Positions 8,559 to 16,710 of a stretch of 32,000 nucleotides of DNA are shown piece after piece; the first letter of the stretch is position 1; each line of letters opens with the position of its first letter. The DNA is from Gallaecimonas pentaromativorans (lineage in GTDB: Bacteria > Pseudomonadota > Gammaproteobacteria > Enterobacterales > Gallaecimonadaceae). The translations under genes were made by a program, and so were the position numbers. The stretch lies in the NCBI RefSeq assembly GCF_003751625.1, contig NZ_RJUL01000001.1:18253-50252 (forward strand). The letters are read 5' to 3'. Below the pieces are notes generated by a model. It made no database searches. It was not told the origin of the DNA and saw only the letters and a program-made list of their open reading frames with translations.

Positions 8559-10160
8559 GTGCTGACCACCGCCAATATCACCATGCAGTTCGGCGACAAG
8601 CCGCTTTTCGAAAACATCTCCGTCAAGTTTGGTGAGGGCAACCGTTATGGCCTGATCGGTGCCAACGGCTGTGGTAAGTCCACCTTCATGAAGATCCTCA
8701 CCGGTGAACTGGAACCCAGCGCCGGTAACGTCTCCCTGGCCCCCCACACCCGCATGGCCAAACTGGGCCAGGACCAGTTCGCCTTCGAAGACTTTTCCGT
8801 TATCGACACCGTGGTGATGGGCCATGCCGAGCTGTGGGCCATCAAGGCCGAGCGCGACCGCATCTACAGTCTGCCGGAGATGAGCGAAGAAGACGGCATG
8901 AAGGTGGCAGACTTGGAGGTGCAGTTTGCCGAGATGGACGGCTACAGCGCCGAAGCGCGCGCCGGTGAGCTGCTGCTGGGTCTGGGCATTCCCCTTGAGC
9001 AACACTACGGCCTGATGGCCGCCGTCGCCCCCGGCCTCAAGGTACGGGTGCTGCTGGCCCAGGTACTGTTCTCCAACCCCGAGGTGATGTTGCTGGACGA
9101 ACCGACCAACAACTTGGACATCCACACCATCCGCTGGCTTGAAGGGGTGCTCACCGAGCGCGACTCCACCATGATCATCATCTCCCACGACCGCCACTTC
9201 TTAAACCAGGTGTGCACCCACATGGCAGACATGGACTACGGTGAGCTGCGCCTCTATCCGGGCAACTACGACGAATACATGACCGCCGCCGAACAGTCTC
9301 GCGAGCGCCTGTTGGCCGACAACGCCAAGAAGAAAGCGCAAATCGCCGAGCTGCAGACCTTCGTCAGCCGCTTCTCGGCCAACGCTTCCAAGGCCAAGCA
9401 GGCCACCAGCCGCGCCAAGCTGATTGATAAAATTCAACTGGAAGAGGTCAAACCCTCTTCCCGCCAGAGCCCCTTTATTCGCTTCGAGCAGGCCAAACAG
9501 CTCTATCGTCAGGCGCTGCAGGTGGAAAACCTGGCCCAGGGCTACGACGGCACCCTGCTGTTCAAAGACTTTAAACTGAACGTGGAAGTGGGCGAGCGCA
9601 TCGCCATCATCGGCGCCAACGGTGTGGGTAAATCCACCCTTTTAAACACCCTGGCCGGGGTGATGGAGCCCAAAGAAGGCGCCATCAAATGGTCCGAGAA
9701 CGCCAACATCGGCTTCTACGCCCAGGATCACGCCGACGATTTTGCCATGGACACCAACCTGATGGACTGGATGGCCCAGTGGCAGCAGGAAGGGGACGAC
9801 GAGCAGACCCTGCGCGCCGCCCTTGGCCGCATGCTGTTTGGCCAGAGCGATATCAAGAAGAAGGTCAAGGTGCTGTCCGGTGGTGAGCAGGGCCGCATGC
9901 TCATCGGCAAGCTGATGATGCACAAGCCCAACATCCTGTTGATGGACGAGCCCACCAACCACATGGACATGGAGTCCATCGAGGCGCTCAACCTGGCCCT
10001 GGAGCACTACAAGGGCACCTTGCTGTTCGTGTCCCACGACCGCCAGTTTGTCAGCTCCCTGGCCACCCGCATCATCGAGGTGACCCCCACCGGTATCAAA
10101 GACTACCTGGGCAGTTACGACGACTACCTCAAGGCCCAAGGCATCAACGAGATGCGATAA
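8559..10160 (+). CDS. ybiT: ABC-F family ATPase (YbiT-like, two ABC domains, no TM)
   Basis: From the GTG at 8559 (AAGGGG 9 nt upstream) the N-terminus reads [46 protein letters not shown], which closely matches the E. coli YbiT N-terminus as I remember it. Two Walker A motifs ([18 protein letters not shown]), two Walker B motifs ([16 protein letters not shown]) and an LSGGE signature. Confidence 0.9.
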   Translation: MLTTANITMQFGDKPLFENISVKFGEGNRYGLIGANGCGKSTFMKILTGELEPSAGNVSLAPHTRMAKLGQDQFAFEDFSVIDTVVMGHAELWAIKAERDRIYSLPEMSEEDGMKVADLEVQFAEMDGYSAEARAGELLLGLGIPLEQHYGLMAAVAPGLKVRVLLAQVLFSNPEVMLLDEPTNNLDIHTIRWLEGVLTERDSTMIIISHDRHFLNQVCTHMADMDYGELRLYPGNYDEYMTAAEQSRERLLADNAKKKAQIAELQTFVSRFSANASKAKQATSRAKLIDKIQLEEVKPSSRQSPFIRFEQAKQLYRQALQVENLAQGYDGTLLFKDFKLNVEVGERIAIIGANGVGKSTLLNTLAGVMEPKEGAIKWSENANIGFYAQDHADDFAMDTNLMDWMAQWQQEGDDEQTLRAALGRMLFGQSDIKKKVKVLSGGEQGRMLIGKLMMHKPNILLMDEPTNHMDMESIEALNLALEHYKGTLLFVSHDRQFVSSLATRIIEVTPTGIKDYLGSYDDYLKAQGINEMR

Positions 10161-10170
10161 GCCAACAAAA

Positions 10171-10197
10171 ACAGCGCCCAAGGGCGCTGTTCTTTTA
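10171..10197 (+). terminator. Rho-independent terminator
   Basis: ACAGCGCCC-aa-GGGCGCTGT followed by TCTTTTAT. Confidence 0.8.
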
Positions 10198-10284
10198 TCG
10201 ACCTTTTGCTACAAATTTTTCCTTAAGGCAAATCGAAAGGCGGTCGTAATCTATATAGGTAAATCAACAACAATAGCTTGCCTT

Positions 10285-11094
10285 ATGATGTCCCGTAACG
10301 TTGCCCTCCTTCCCCTGCTGCTTTCCTTTTTGGCAGGCTGCGCCAGCCATAACAACAGCCAAGCCGCTCCCCGCAACGACTATTTTGCCAGCCTTGAGCA
10401 CTATCAGTTTGCCCTGGCATCGAGCCAACTAAGCCAAGCGGCAAAAAAAGGGGACCTCAAGGCCAAGCAATATCTCAAACAGTACGGTACCTGGCTCCGA
10501 GCCCAGGTTGCCATCGAGCAAGGCAGCGCCGATGCCCAGGCCAGCTACGCCCGGCAACTGGCCAACCCTAAAGGCGCCACTATGCCGAACTACCCGGCAG
10601 CCGCCCATTGGGCTGCCCTTGCCGCCAAGGCAGGTAACGCCCAGGGCCAGTATTGGCTGGCCCACTTTTATGAGACCGGCCAAGGCGTGGTACGAGACCC
10701 CGACCAAGCCTTTTACTGGTACCAGCAGGCCGCAGCCCAAGGGCTGGTCCTGGCCCAGCGTCATTTGGGAGCGCTGCTGGAAAGTGGCGAATTGCTGCGC
10801 CCCGACCTGCATCTGGCCGCCCACTGGTACCGCCAGGCAGCCGATCAGGGCGATAGCCAGGCCCAATATCAACTGGGCCACTTTTATCAGCAAGGCCGCG
10901 GTGTTGCCCAGGATCTGAGCGCCGCCAAATACTGGTATGAACTGGCCGCCAAACAGGGCCAACCCAAGGCTCAATATCAGTTGGGACTGCTGCTGCCCGC
11001 CAGCGACCCTAAAGCCCGCTACTGGCTGCAACAAGCCGCTCGTCAGGGCAATGTCCAGGCCATAGACCGGCTCTCCATCAGCGCCGTGCAATAA
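10285..11094 (+). CDS. Sel1-repeat (TPR-like) lipoprotein
   Basis: Lipobox LSFLAGC at the end of a signal peptide. At least four Sel1-type repeats (AQYWLAHFYETGQGVVRDPDQAFYWYQQAAAQG, AAHWYRQAADQGDSQAQYQLGHFYQQGRGV..., AKYWYELAAKQG...). Confidence 0.85.
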   Translation: MMSRNVALLPLLLSFLAGCASHNNSQAAPRNDYFASLEHYQFALASSQLSQAAKKGDLKAKQYLKQYGTWLRAQVAIEQGSADAQASYARQLANPKGATMPNYPAAAHWAALAAKAGNAQGQYWLAHFYETGQGVVRDPDQAFYWYQQAAAQGLVLAQRHLGALLESGELLRPDLHLAAHWYRQAADQGDSQAQYQLGHFYQQGRGVAQDLSAAKYWYELAAKQGQPKAQYQLGLLLPASDPKARYWLQQAARQGNVQAIDRLSISAVQ

Positions 11095-11103
11095 GCGCAC
11101 AGG

Positions 11104-11131
11104 AAAAAACGCCGCTTAGCGGCGTTTTTTT
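11104..11131 (+). terminator. Rho-independent terminator (A-run / GC stem / T-run)
   Basis: AAAAAACGCCGC-tta-GCGGCGTTTTTTT. Confidence 0.85.
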
Positions 11132-11156
11132 ATTGCTGTTGTTTTCTTCACCCCAT

Positions 11157-11184
11157 GTGTATTAGTGTATCAATACACAATACA
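11157..11184. promoter_or_regulatory. Nested inverted repeats directly upstream of the GntR gene; candidate autoregulatory operator
   Basis: Inner inverted repeat GTGTAT(11165-11170)-ca-ATACAC(11173-11178). Outer inverted repeat TGTATT(11158-11163)/AATACA(11179-11184). The element ends 5 nt before the ATG at 11189. Confidence 0.45.
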
Positions 11185-11188
11185 GGTG

Positions 11189-11560
11189 ATGACATTGTTT
11201 AATCTCAACCCGCAATCCGGCATACCGATTTATCGCCAGCTTTATGAGCAGGTAAAGCGCCTTGTTACCGCAGGCCAGCTAAAACCAGGCGAAGCATTGC
11301 CGTCGGTCAGGGAACTGGCAGTGCGCCACAGCGTTAACCCCATGACCATTTCCAAGGCATACAACCTGCTGGAAGCGGATGGCGTGTTGGTACGTCACAG
11401 GGGAAAACCGATGACCGTAGCGACAGCGGTGGCTTGCAGCCCCGAAGAGCTGCTGCAACCGCTGTTGTCCCAATTTATCCAAAGTGCACGTCAGCTCCAT
11501 TTGAGCGATGCGCAGGTCATTGACATTGTTAACAAAGGATTGAAAAAACAGCATGACTGA
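11189..11560 (+). CDS. GntR-family transcriptional regulator, YtrA-like short subfamily
   Basis: MTLFNLNPQSGIPIYRQLYEQVKRLVTAGQLKPGEALPSVRELAVRHSVNPMTISKAYNLLEADGVL is a GntR winged-helix domain. It is followed by a short ~50-aa C-terminal region, as in YtrA-type regulators. The start could instead be the GTG at 11165, inside the palindrome. Confidence 0.8.
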   Translation: MTLFNLNPQSGIPIYRQLYEQVKRLVTAGQLKPGEALPSVRELAVRHSVNPMTISKAYNLLEADGVLVRHRGKPMTVATAVACSPEELLQPLLSQFIQSARQLHLSDAQVIDIVNKGLKKQHD

Positions 11561-12359
11561 GTCCCTGATCAAAATAGAAAACCTCAGCCAAACCCTCGGT
11601 AAGACACAGGTGTTAAAGAGTGTCAGCAGCAGCGTTGGACAGGGGGAAGTGATTGGCATTTTAGGATTAAACGGCGCTGGCAAAACGTCGCTGTGTGAAG
11701 CTCTGCTCGGCTTTCGGCCTGCCACTTCAGGCAGCGTAACCCTATTTGGTACCTCGGTTGATGCGCTGCCTGGGAGCAGCAAACTTGCCATCGGCTACGT
11801 GCCGCAAAAAGAAGAGTTATTGACTCACCTCACCGCAGAGCAAAATCTAAAACTCTTTGCCAACTTCTACCCCCACTGGGACTGGCTTTTTGTCGAGCAA
11901 CTAGCAGAAAAGTGGCAAGTGCCACTGGCTAAGAAGGTCAATACCCTGTCTGAAGGCCAGCGTCAAAAGCTGTCCATCATCACCGCTCTTGGACACCATC
12001 CCCGTTTGCTGGTATTGGATGAACCCGTTGCCAGCTTGGACCCTTTGGCTCGGCGCCAATTTATCAGCACCCTTATCGACGAAATGACGGCGACCAACTG
12101 CACGGTTCTGTTCTCCAGCCACATCGTTTCAGACCTTGAACGTATCGCCAGCAGGGTCTGGATACTCAAAGCAGGCAAGCTGATCATCGACGAAACACTC
12201 GACACCCTGCAGGAACGCGTTGCCAGAATAAATAGAGCCTCCCTTTTCGAGCACCAGCCCGTGCTCCACGAATTTAATGATGGCAGCCTGTTGGTTGTCA
12301 CCGAAAAGCCGGTCAGTGCCCTGCCCCTTGAGCAGCTCTTTGTGGAGATCCATCAATGA
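11553..12359 (+). CDS. ABC transporter ATP-binding protein (YtrB-like)
   Basis: Walker A GLNGAGKTS, signature LSEGQRQK, Walker B LLVLDEP and H-loop SSHIV. 8-nt overlap (ATGACTGA) with the GntR gene. Confidence 0.9.
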   Translation: MTESLIKIENLSQTLGKTQVLKSVSSSVGQGEVIGILGLNGAGKTSLCEALLGFRPATSGSVTLFGTSVDALPGSSKLAIGYVPQKEELLTHLTAEQNLKLFANFYPHWDWLFVEQLAEKWQVPLAKKVNTLSEGQRQKLSIITALGHHPRLLVLDEPVASLDPLARRQFISTLIDEMTATNCTVLFSSHIVSDLERIASRVWILKAGKLIIDETLDTLQERVARINRASLFEHQPVLHEFNDGSLLVVTEKPVSALPLEQLFVEIHQ

Positions 12360-13606
12360 GGGGGCTTATTCAAATATTGGCCATGATGTGGTTTGAAAGA
12401 ACGGCACAGGTGCTGCTAAATGGCGGCAGCCTTTTACTGTTGGCAGTCAGTTTTGCAATACCGCCAAGCACCGGCTTTGGGATACGTATGGCCGCTGGCT
12501 GCCTGCTTTCCATCAATATGACCCTACGTAGTGTCATAGTTCATCGCCAGATCATGAGCATGCATAGCTTGCGCCTATCGCCAAAAGCAATACCGACCGC
12601 CCATCTGGCGCTATTTATCAACGCGTTGCTTTTGTCGATACTCATCAGCGCCATTCAAGACAGCCTGAACTGGCCGCTCTGCTTTTTATTTTTCAGCCTC
12701 GAATTCATATTGCTGCAACTGTTTTGTCACAACCGCCTGGGGGGCATGATCGTCTTCACGGCACCGTTAATACTGCTCTGTAATGTGTCGCTGATGCCAG
12801 TGCTAGAGAGCTTCAACGGCACTCCCGGTATAGCGGCAACAGCACTGGTTTTGTGGGGACTTTTTTTCTTTATTCAGCGGTTTGTTATTCCGAGTCCACC
12901 ATCTCAATACTTTTTCGATAAGGGCTGGAACAATAAAGCCGAGCCAATCAGATTAATTGAAGACCACTTTTCCAAGATGATTAAAGAGCCGGCCTTGAGC
13001 CTCCTTGCCGGCTGCGATGCCAGCTATGTGGCTTTTTTTATGCGGGGACTGTTGGGCCTGACTTTGTTGCTACTGGCCACCATCGTTACCAGCATGCACC
13101 ACGGGATAAATTGGCCGCTTTTTGCCATCACCTCGACCCTGCTCAGCAGTTGGCTTGCCGTCAGCATTGGCAAGGTTTCAACCCGGCTTCGCTACCTGTG
13201 GTTGCGCCATCCCGGCACTAGGTTGCAGCAAACCAACGTGATGGAAAGATTAATCCTTCGCCAAACATTGAGTGCCGGTGCAATACAGCTTTTTGCGGTC
13301 CTGTTGCTGGCCTGTTTTTCAACCATCGCCATGGCATTGCTGCTGCTCTCGGTTATTCTCAGCGCCGCTTTGACTGCCTTAATGCAGTATTTGGCCACAA
13401 CCCGCTGGGCGCCGGACGATACCCGGTTTTTACCGCCGCTTATCTACATGCCGTTGATGGCGCTTGCCATGCTGTTGCGAATCGAGCAGGTCACCTTGTT
13501 ACCGTTGGCCTTGGCAACCGTGGTGATTGGCGCACTGGCTTTGGCATTGCGTCAAAACTGGTACCGGCAGGCGCTTATCAAAACAAGCCCAGCTGGCCCC
13601 CGATAA
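12356..13606 (+). CDS. Orphan polytopic membrane protein (~10 predicted TM), putative membrane partner of the ABC ATPase
   Basis: 416 aa and very hydrophobic throughout. 4-nt ATGA overlap with the ATPase gene. I recognise no family motif. Confidence 0.7.
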   Translation: MRGLIQILAMMWFERTAQVLLNGGSLLLLAVSFAIPPSTGFGIRMAAGCLLSINMTLRSVIVHRQIMSMHSLRLSPKAIPTAHLALFINALLLSILISAIQDSLNWPLCFLFFSLEFILLQLFCHNRLGGMIVFTAPLILLCNVSLMPVLESFNGTPGIAATALVLWGLFFFIQRFVIPSPPSQYFFDKGWNNKAEPIRLIEDHFSKMIKEPALSLLAGCDASYVAFFMRGLLGLTLLLLATIVTSMHHGINWPLFAITSTLLSSWLAVSIGKVSTRLRYLWLRHPGTRLQQTNVMERLILRQTLSAGAIQLFAVLLLACFSTIAMALLLLSVILSAALTALMQYLATTRWAPDDTRFLPPLIYMPLMALAMLLRIEQVTLLPLALATVVIGALALALRQNWYRQALIKTSPAGPR

Positions 13607-15902
13607 GCTGTTCGAACTCAAGGTTGATAAAAGGCAGGATGGCTTCGGCCACCGGCTGTAACTGGCGGTCGATGTAGTGCTGGTAGTCGATGGGGCTTTG
13701 CTGGTATTCCAAAGGCTCGGGGCCGCTTAGGGTCATCAGGTAGCTGATACTGCCCTTGCCTTGGTATTTGAGGGTTTTGCCAGCCTTTTTATTGTGCTCG
13801 TCGGCCAGGCGCGCGGCCCGTACATGGGGCGGCACATTCTTCACGTATTGGTCGAGCTTGCGGCGCAGGCGCTTTTTATACACCAAATCGCCATCGCGCT
13901 TGCCGGCTAAGGTCTCTTCTACCGTGGCGCGGATAAAAGCCGAGGGGTCCTGGTCACTGAATACCAGCCGGTAGAGCTCGGTCTGAAATTGCTTGGCCAG
14001 TACCGTCCAGTCGGTGCGCACCGTCTCCAGCCCCTTAAACACCAGTTCACCGTCGCTTTTAAGGCCGGCATAACGTTTTTTAGAGCCCGCCTCCGAACCG
14101 CGAATGGTGGGCATCAAAAAGCGCTGGTAGTGGGTCTCGTATTCCAGCTCCAGGTGGCACTCAAGGGAAAACTCGTCCTGTAACGTCTGTTGCCAGCGCG
14201 CGTTGATATCCGCCGCCAGCCCTTTGCCTATGGCGTCGGCTTGGTCATGGTCGAGGGCGTCGTCCAAGAGCACAAAGGTGGAATCGGTGTCGCCGTAAAT
14301 CACCTGGTGGCCGGCTTCTTCTACCCACTTGGCGGTCTGCTGCATGATGGCGTGGCCGCGCAGGGTAATGGAGCTGGCAAGGCGGGTGTCGTAAAAACGG
14401 CACCCCCCTGAGCCCAGCACCCCGTAGAAGGAATTCATCAAGATTTTGATGGCCTGGGAGCGGGGCGCGTCTTTTTGGCGCTTGGCCTGGTCCCTGGCTT
14501 GCCAGAGCTCAGTGATTATCTCGGGCAAAAAATGCTTGGTGCGGGAGAATTTGGCCTCCCGAAAACCGGGGATGGCGTCCGCTTCCACCAGCCCTTCAAT
14601 CAGCCCTAAAGGGTCGATTTTAAAGGTGCGGATAATGCTCGGGTACAGGCTCTTAAAATCCAGCACCAGCACGTTGCGATAGAGCCCGGGCCTGGAGTCC
14701 ATCACGTAGCCGCCAGGGCTGGCAAGGCCGCCCCCCAAGGGGAGGTTGGGGGCCACAAAGCCGGCGCGGTGCAGCTTTGGCAGGTAGAGATTGGTAAAGG
14801 CCGCCACCGAGCCGCCGGCGCGGTCAAGCTCCAGGCCGGTCAGCTGGCTGCGCAGGATAAGAAAATCCAGCAGCCGGGTCTTGGCAAAGATGTCCCACAC
14901 CAGCACACAGTCTTCGAGGTTGTAGGCCGCCAGTTTCGGTTTGTTGAAGCGAAAATCGTGCTCAATCTCGGCCAGGCGGTTGTCTACGTCTTCGGTTTTC
15001 TTGCCGCGCCCCAAAAGGGCCTGGGAGACAAATTCCAAGCTGAAGCTCTCGAAGTTGTAGGTGGCAATCTTGAGCGCGTCGATGCCGTCGATGGCAACCC
15101 GCCCCGGCAGGGACGCAAAGGCCTGGCCGTCGCCTGTGGCATCGCGTATCCAAAGGGCCTCACCGCCCCGGCCCAGGCGCAGGGTCATGCCGTGGCGCTC
15201 CGCCCTTTTGGCCAGCAGCCGCAGGTCAAAGGCCACCACCGACCAGCCAATGATGATGTCTGGGTCCAGGCGCGCTATTTCTGCCTCAAGGCGTTGCAGC
15301 AATGCCTTTTCATCGGCTACCCAGTCTATCTCGCCATCGCTGGGCTCAGGCGTCCCCACCATCAGCACCTTGGCCGCGCCGTTGCCATAGAGCCCTGCTG
15401 AATACAGCTCGCCCTTGGCCGAACACTCCAAATCCAGACTCAGCACCTTGAGCGTGGGCCGGTAGTCGGCGCCTTTTATTCGCACCTGGCGCCACTCGGT
15501 ATGACCGGTCTTGGCGGTAGGTACGCCGTCAAAGGCGATGGCGCCGCGGGCAAATCGTTCCATCAGGTAACGGTCGGAGAGTTTGATGTCCGCTTCCAGC
15601 ACTTCGATGCCATTGCTGGTGAGCTGCGCCTGGCCCTGTTTGTGGGCCTCAAGGGTGGCGAAATAGAGCATGGCCACCGGCTCGCGGGCAAAGCTTTGAA
15701 AGCCCAGCTCTTTGACGTCCGCCAGGCTACCTGCCAGCAGACTTTTGGCCTTGGCCAGGTTATTGGCCGCCACCATCAGCACCGGTTGTTCCCCTTCCAC
15801 CACCAGTTTGGCCGGGCCATCGGGGCCGCTCAGCCAAAGGTGAATTTCGGTTTTACCGGCGATATCGCGATGATGGCGAGAAAGTAAAAAGCCCTGGGGC
15901 AA
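13578..15902 (-). CDS. polB: DNA polymerase II (family B)
   Basis: N-terminus PQGFLLSRHHRD... parallels E. coli Pol II. Exo I motif LSLDLEC, pol motifs DFKSLYPSII and YGDTDS, and a C-terminal GQLGLF beta-clamp motif. TTG start at 15902 with GGAGA 7 nt upstream. Confidence 0.95.
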   Translation of the reverse strand: MPQGFLLSRHHRDIAGKTEIHLWLSGPDGPAKLVVEGEQPVLMVAANNLAKAKSLLAGSLADVKELGFQSFAREPVAMLYFATLEAHKQGQAQLTSNGIEVLEADIKLSDRYLMERFARGAIAFDGVPTAKTGHTEWRQVRIKGADYRPTLKVLSLDLECSAKGELYSAGLYGNGAAKVLMVGTPEPSDGEIDWVADEKALLQRLEAEIARLDPDIIIGWSVVAFDLRLLAKRAERHGMTLRLGRGGEALWIRDATGDGQAFASLPGRVAIDGIDALKIATYNFESFSLEFVSQALLGRGKKTEDVDNRLAEIEHDFRFNKPKLAAYNLEDCVLVWDIFAKTRLLDFLILRSQLTGLELDRAGGSVAAFTNLYLPKLHRAGFVAPNLPLGGGLASPGGYVMDSRPGLYRNVLVLDFKSLYPSIIRTFKIDPLGLIEGLVEADAIPGFREAKFSRTKHFLPEIITELWQARDQAKRQKDAPRSQAIKILMNSFYGVLGSGGCRFYDTRLASSITLRGHAIMQQTAKWVEEAGHQVIYGDTDSTFVLLDDALDHDQADAIGKGLAADINARWQQTLQDEFSLECHLELEYETHYQRFLMPTIRGSEAGSKKRYAGLKSDGELVFKGLETVRTDWTVLAKQFQTELYRLVFSDQDPSAFIRATVEETLAGKRDGDLVYKKRLRRKLDQYVKNVPPHVRAARLADEHNKKAGKTLKYQGKGSISYLMTLSGPEPLEYQQSPIDYQHYIDRQLQPVAEAILPFINLEFEQLIGGQLGLF

Positions 15903-15936
15903 GGGTCTGTCTCCACTGTGGCTGCAGCCGCTAGTT

Positions 15937-15956
15937 TACTGGTTAAAAAAACAGTA
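15937..15956. promoter_or_regulatory. LexA (SOS) box upstream of polB
   Basis: TACTGGTTAAAAAAACAGTA fits CTG-N10-CAG with the TA flanks of the gammaproteobacterial consensus TACTGTATATATATACAGTA. It lies 35 nt upstream of the polB start. Confidence 0.7.
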
Positions 15957-16100
15957 TCCAAAAATTTTATCCCCACCCTGTAAAAATGCCAGGGCGCAAG
16001 GCGCACAAAAAATCACAAACACTTGAATTAAAAGAATTTTACGGCTTGGCATGGCCTTTGCGGGAAGCAATATACATTTATCGAAGTCAAGGAGATCGAT

Positions 16101-16667
16101 ATGGCTAACCGTCTGAATAACCGCAAAGTAGCCGTTTTGGTTGCCGATGGGTTTGAGCAAATCGAGTTAACCTCTCCAATAGAGGCCCTTAAGGAAGCGG
16201 GCGCCAAGGTAGAGGTTATTGCGCCGTCACCAGGCCAGGTCAAAGGCTGGCAGCACGACCATTGGGGTGACCAGTTCGATGTCAGCTACTGCCTGAACGA
16301 TGGCGACCCGGAAGATTACGATGCTCTGCTGCTGCCCGGCGGCGTCATGAACCCCGATACCCTGCGAAACGATACCCGAGCGGTCCGCTTTGCCCGCCAT
16401 TTCTTCGATGCGGGTAAACCGGTGGCTGCCATCTGCCACGGGCCGCAGTTACTGGTGGAAACCGGCGCTTTGACTGGCCGCACCATGACCTCGTATTCGT
16501 CTATTAAAACCGATTTAAAAAACGCCGGCGTGCGCTGGGAAGACCGGGAAGTTGTCACGGACCAAGGCTTGGTAACAAGCCGCAGTCCTGATGACTTACC
16601 GGCGTTTAACCGTAAGATGGTCGAAGAATTTGCCGAGGGTAAGCACCGCGGGCAACGTACCGCTTGA
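16101..16667 (+). CDS. DJ-1/PfpI family protein (type-1 glutamine amidotransferase-like; general-stress/deglycase type)
   Basis: KVAVLVADGFEQIELTSP...YDALLLPGG...KPVAAICHGPQLL (nucleophile-elbow Cys-His). SD AAGGAG sits 7 nt upstream of the ATG. Confidence 0.9.
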   Translation: MANRLNNRKVAVLVADGFEQIELTSPIEALKEAGAKVEVIAPSPGQVKGWQHDHWGDQFDVSYCLNDGDPEDYDALLLPGGVMNPDTLRNDTRAVRFARHFFDAGKPVAAICHGPQLLVETGALTGRTMTSYSSIKTDLKNAGVRWEDREVVTDQGLVTSRSPDDLPAFNRKMVEEFAEGKHRGQRTA

Positions 16668-16683
16668 GCCAAAGCGCGTAATG

Positions 16684-16710
16684 AAAAAGCGGCCCGAAGG
16701 CCGCTTTTTC
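16684..16710. terminator. Bidirectional rho-independent terminator shared by convergent genes
   Basis: AAAAAGCGGCC-cgaa-GGCCGCTTTTT. The loop reads as a UUCG tetraloop on the minus strand. Confidence 0.85.

Noticed and set aside
15936-16160. 74-aa minus-strand ORF in the polB / DJ-1 intergenic region
   Set aside because: It spans the A/T-rich promoter and LexA-box region and runs into the start of the DJ-1 gene on the other strand. It has no SD and no motif.
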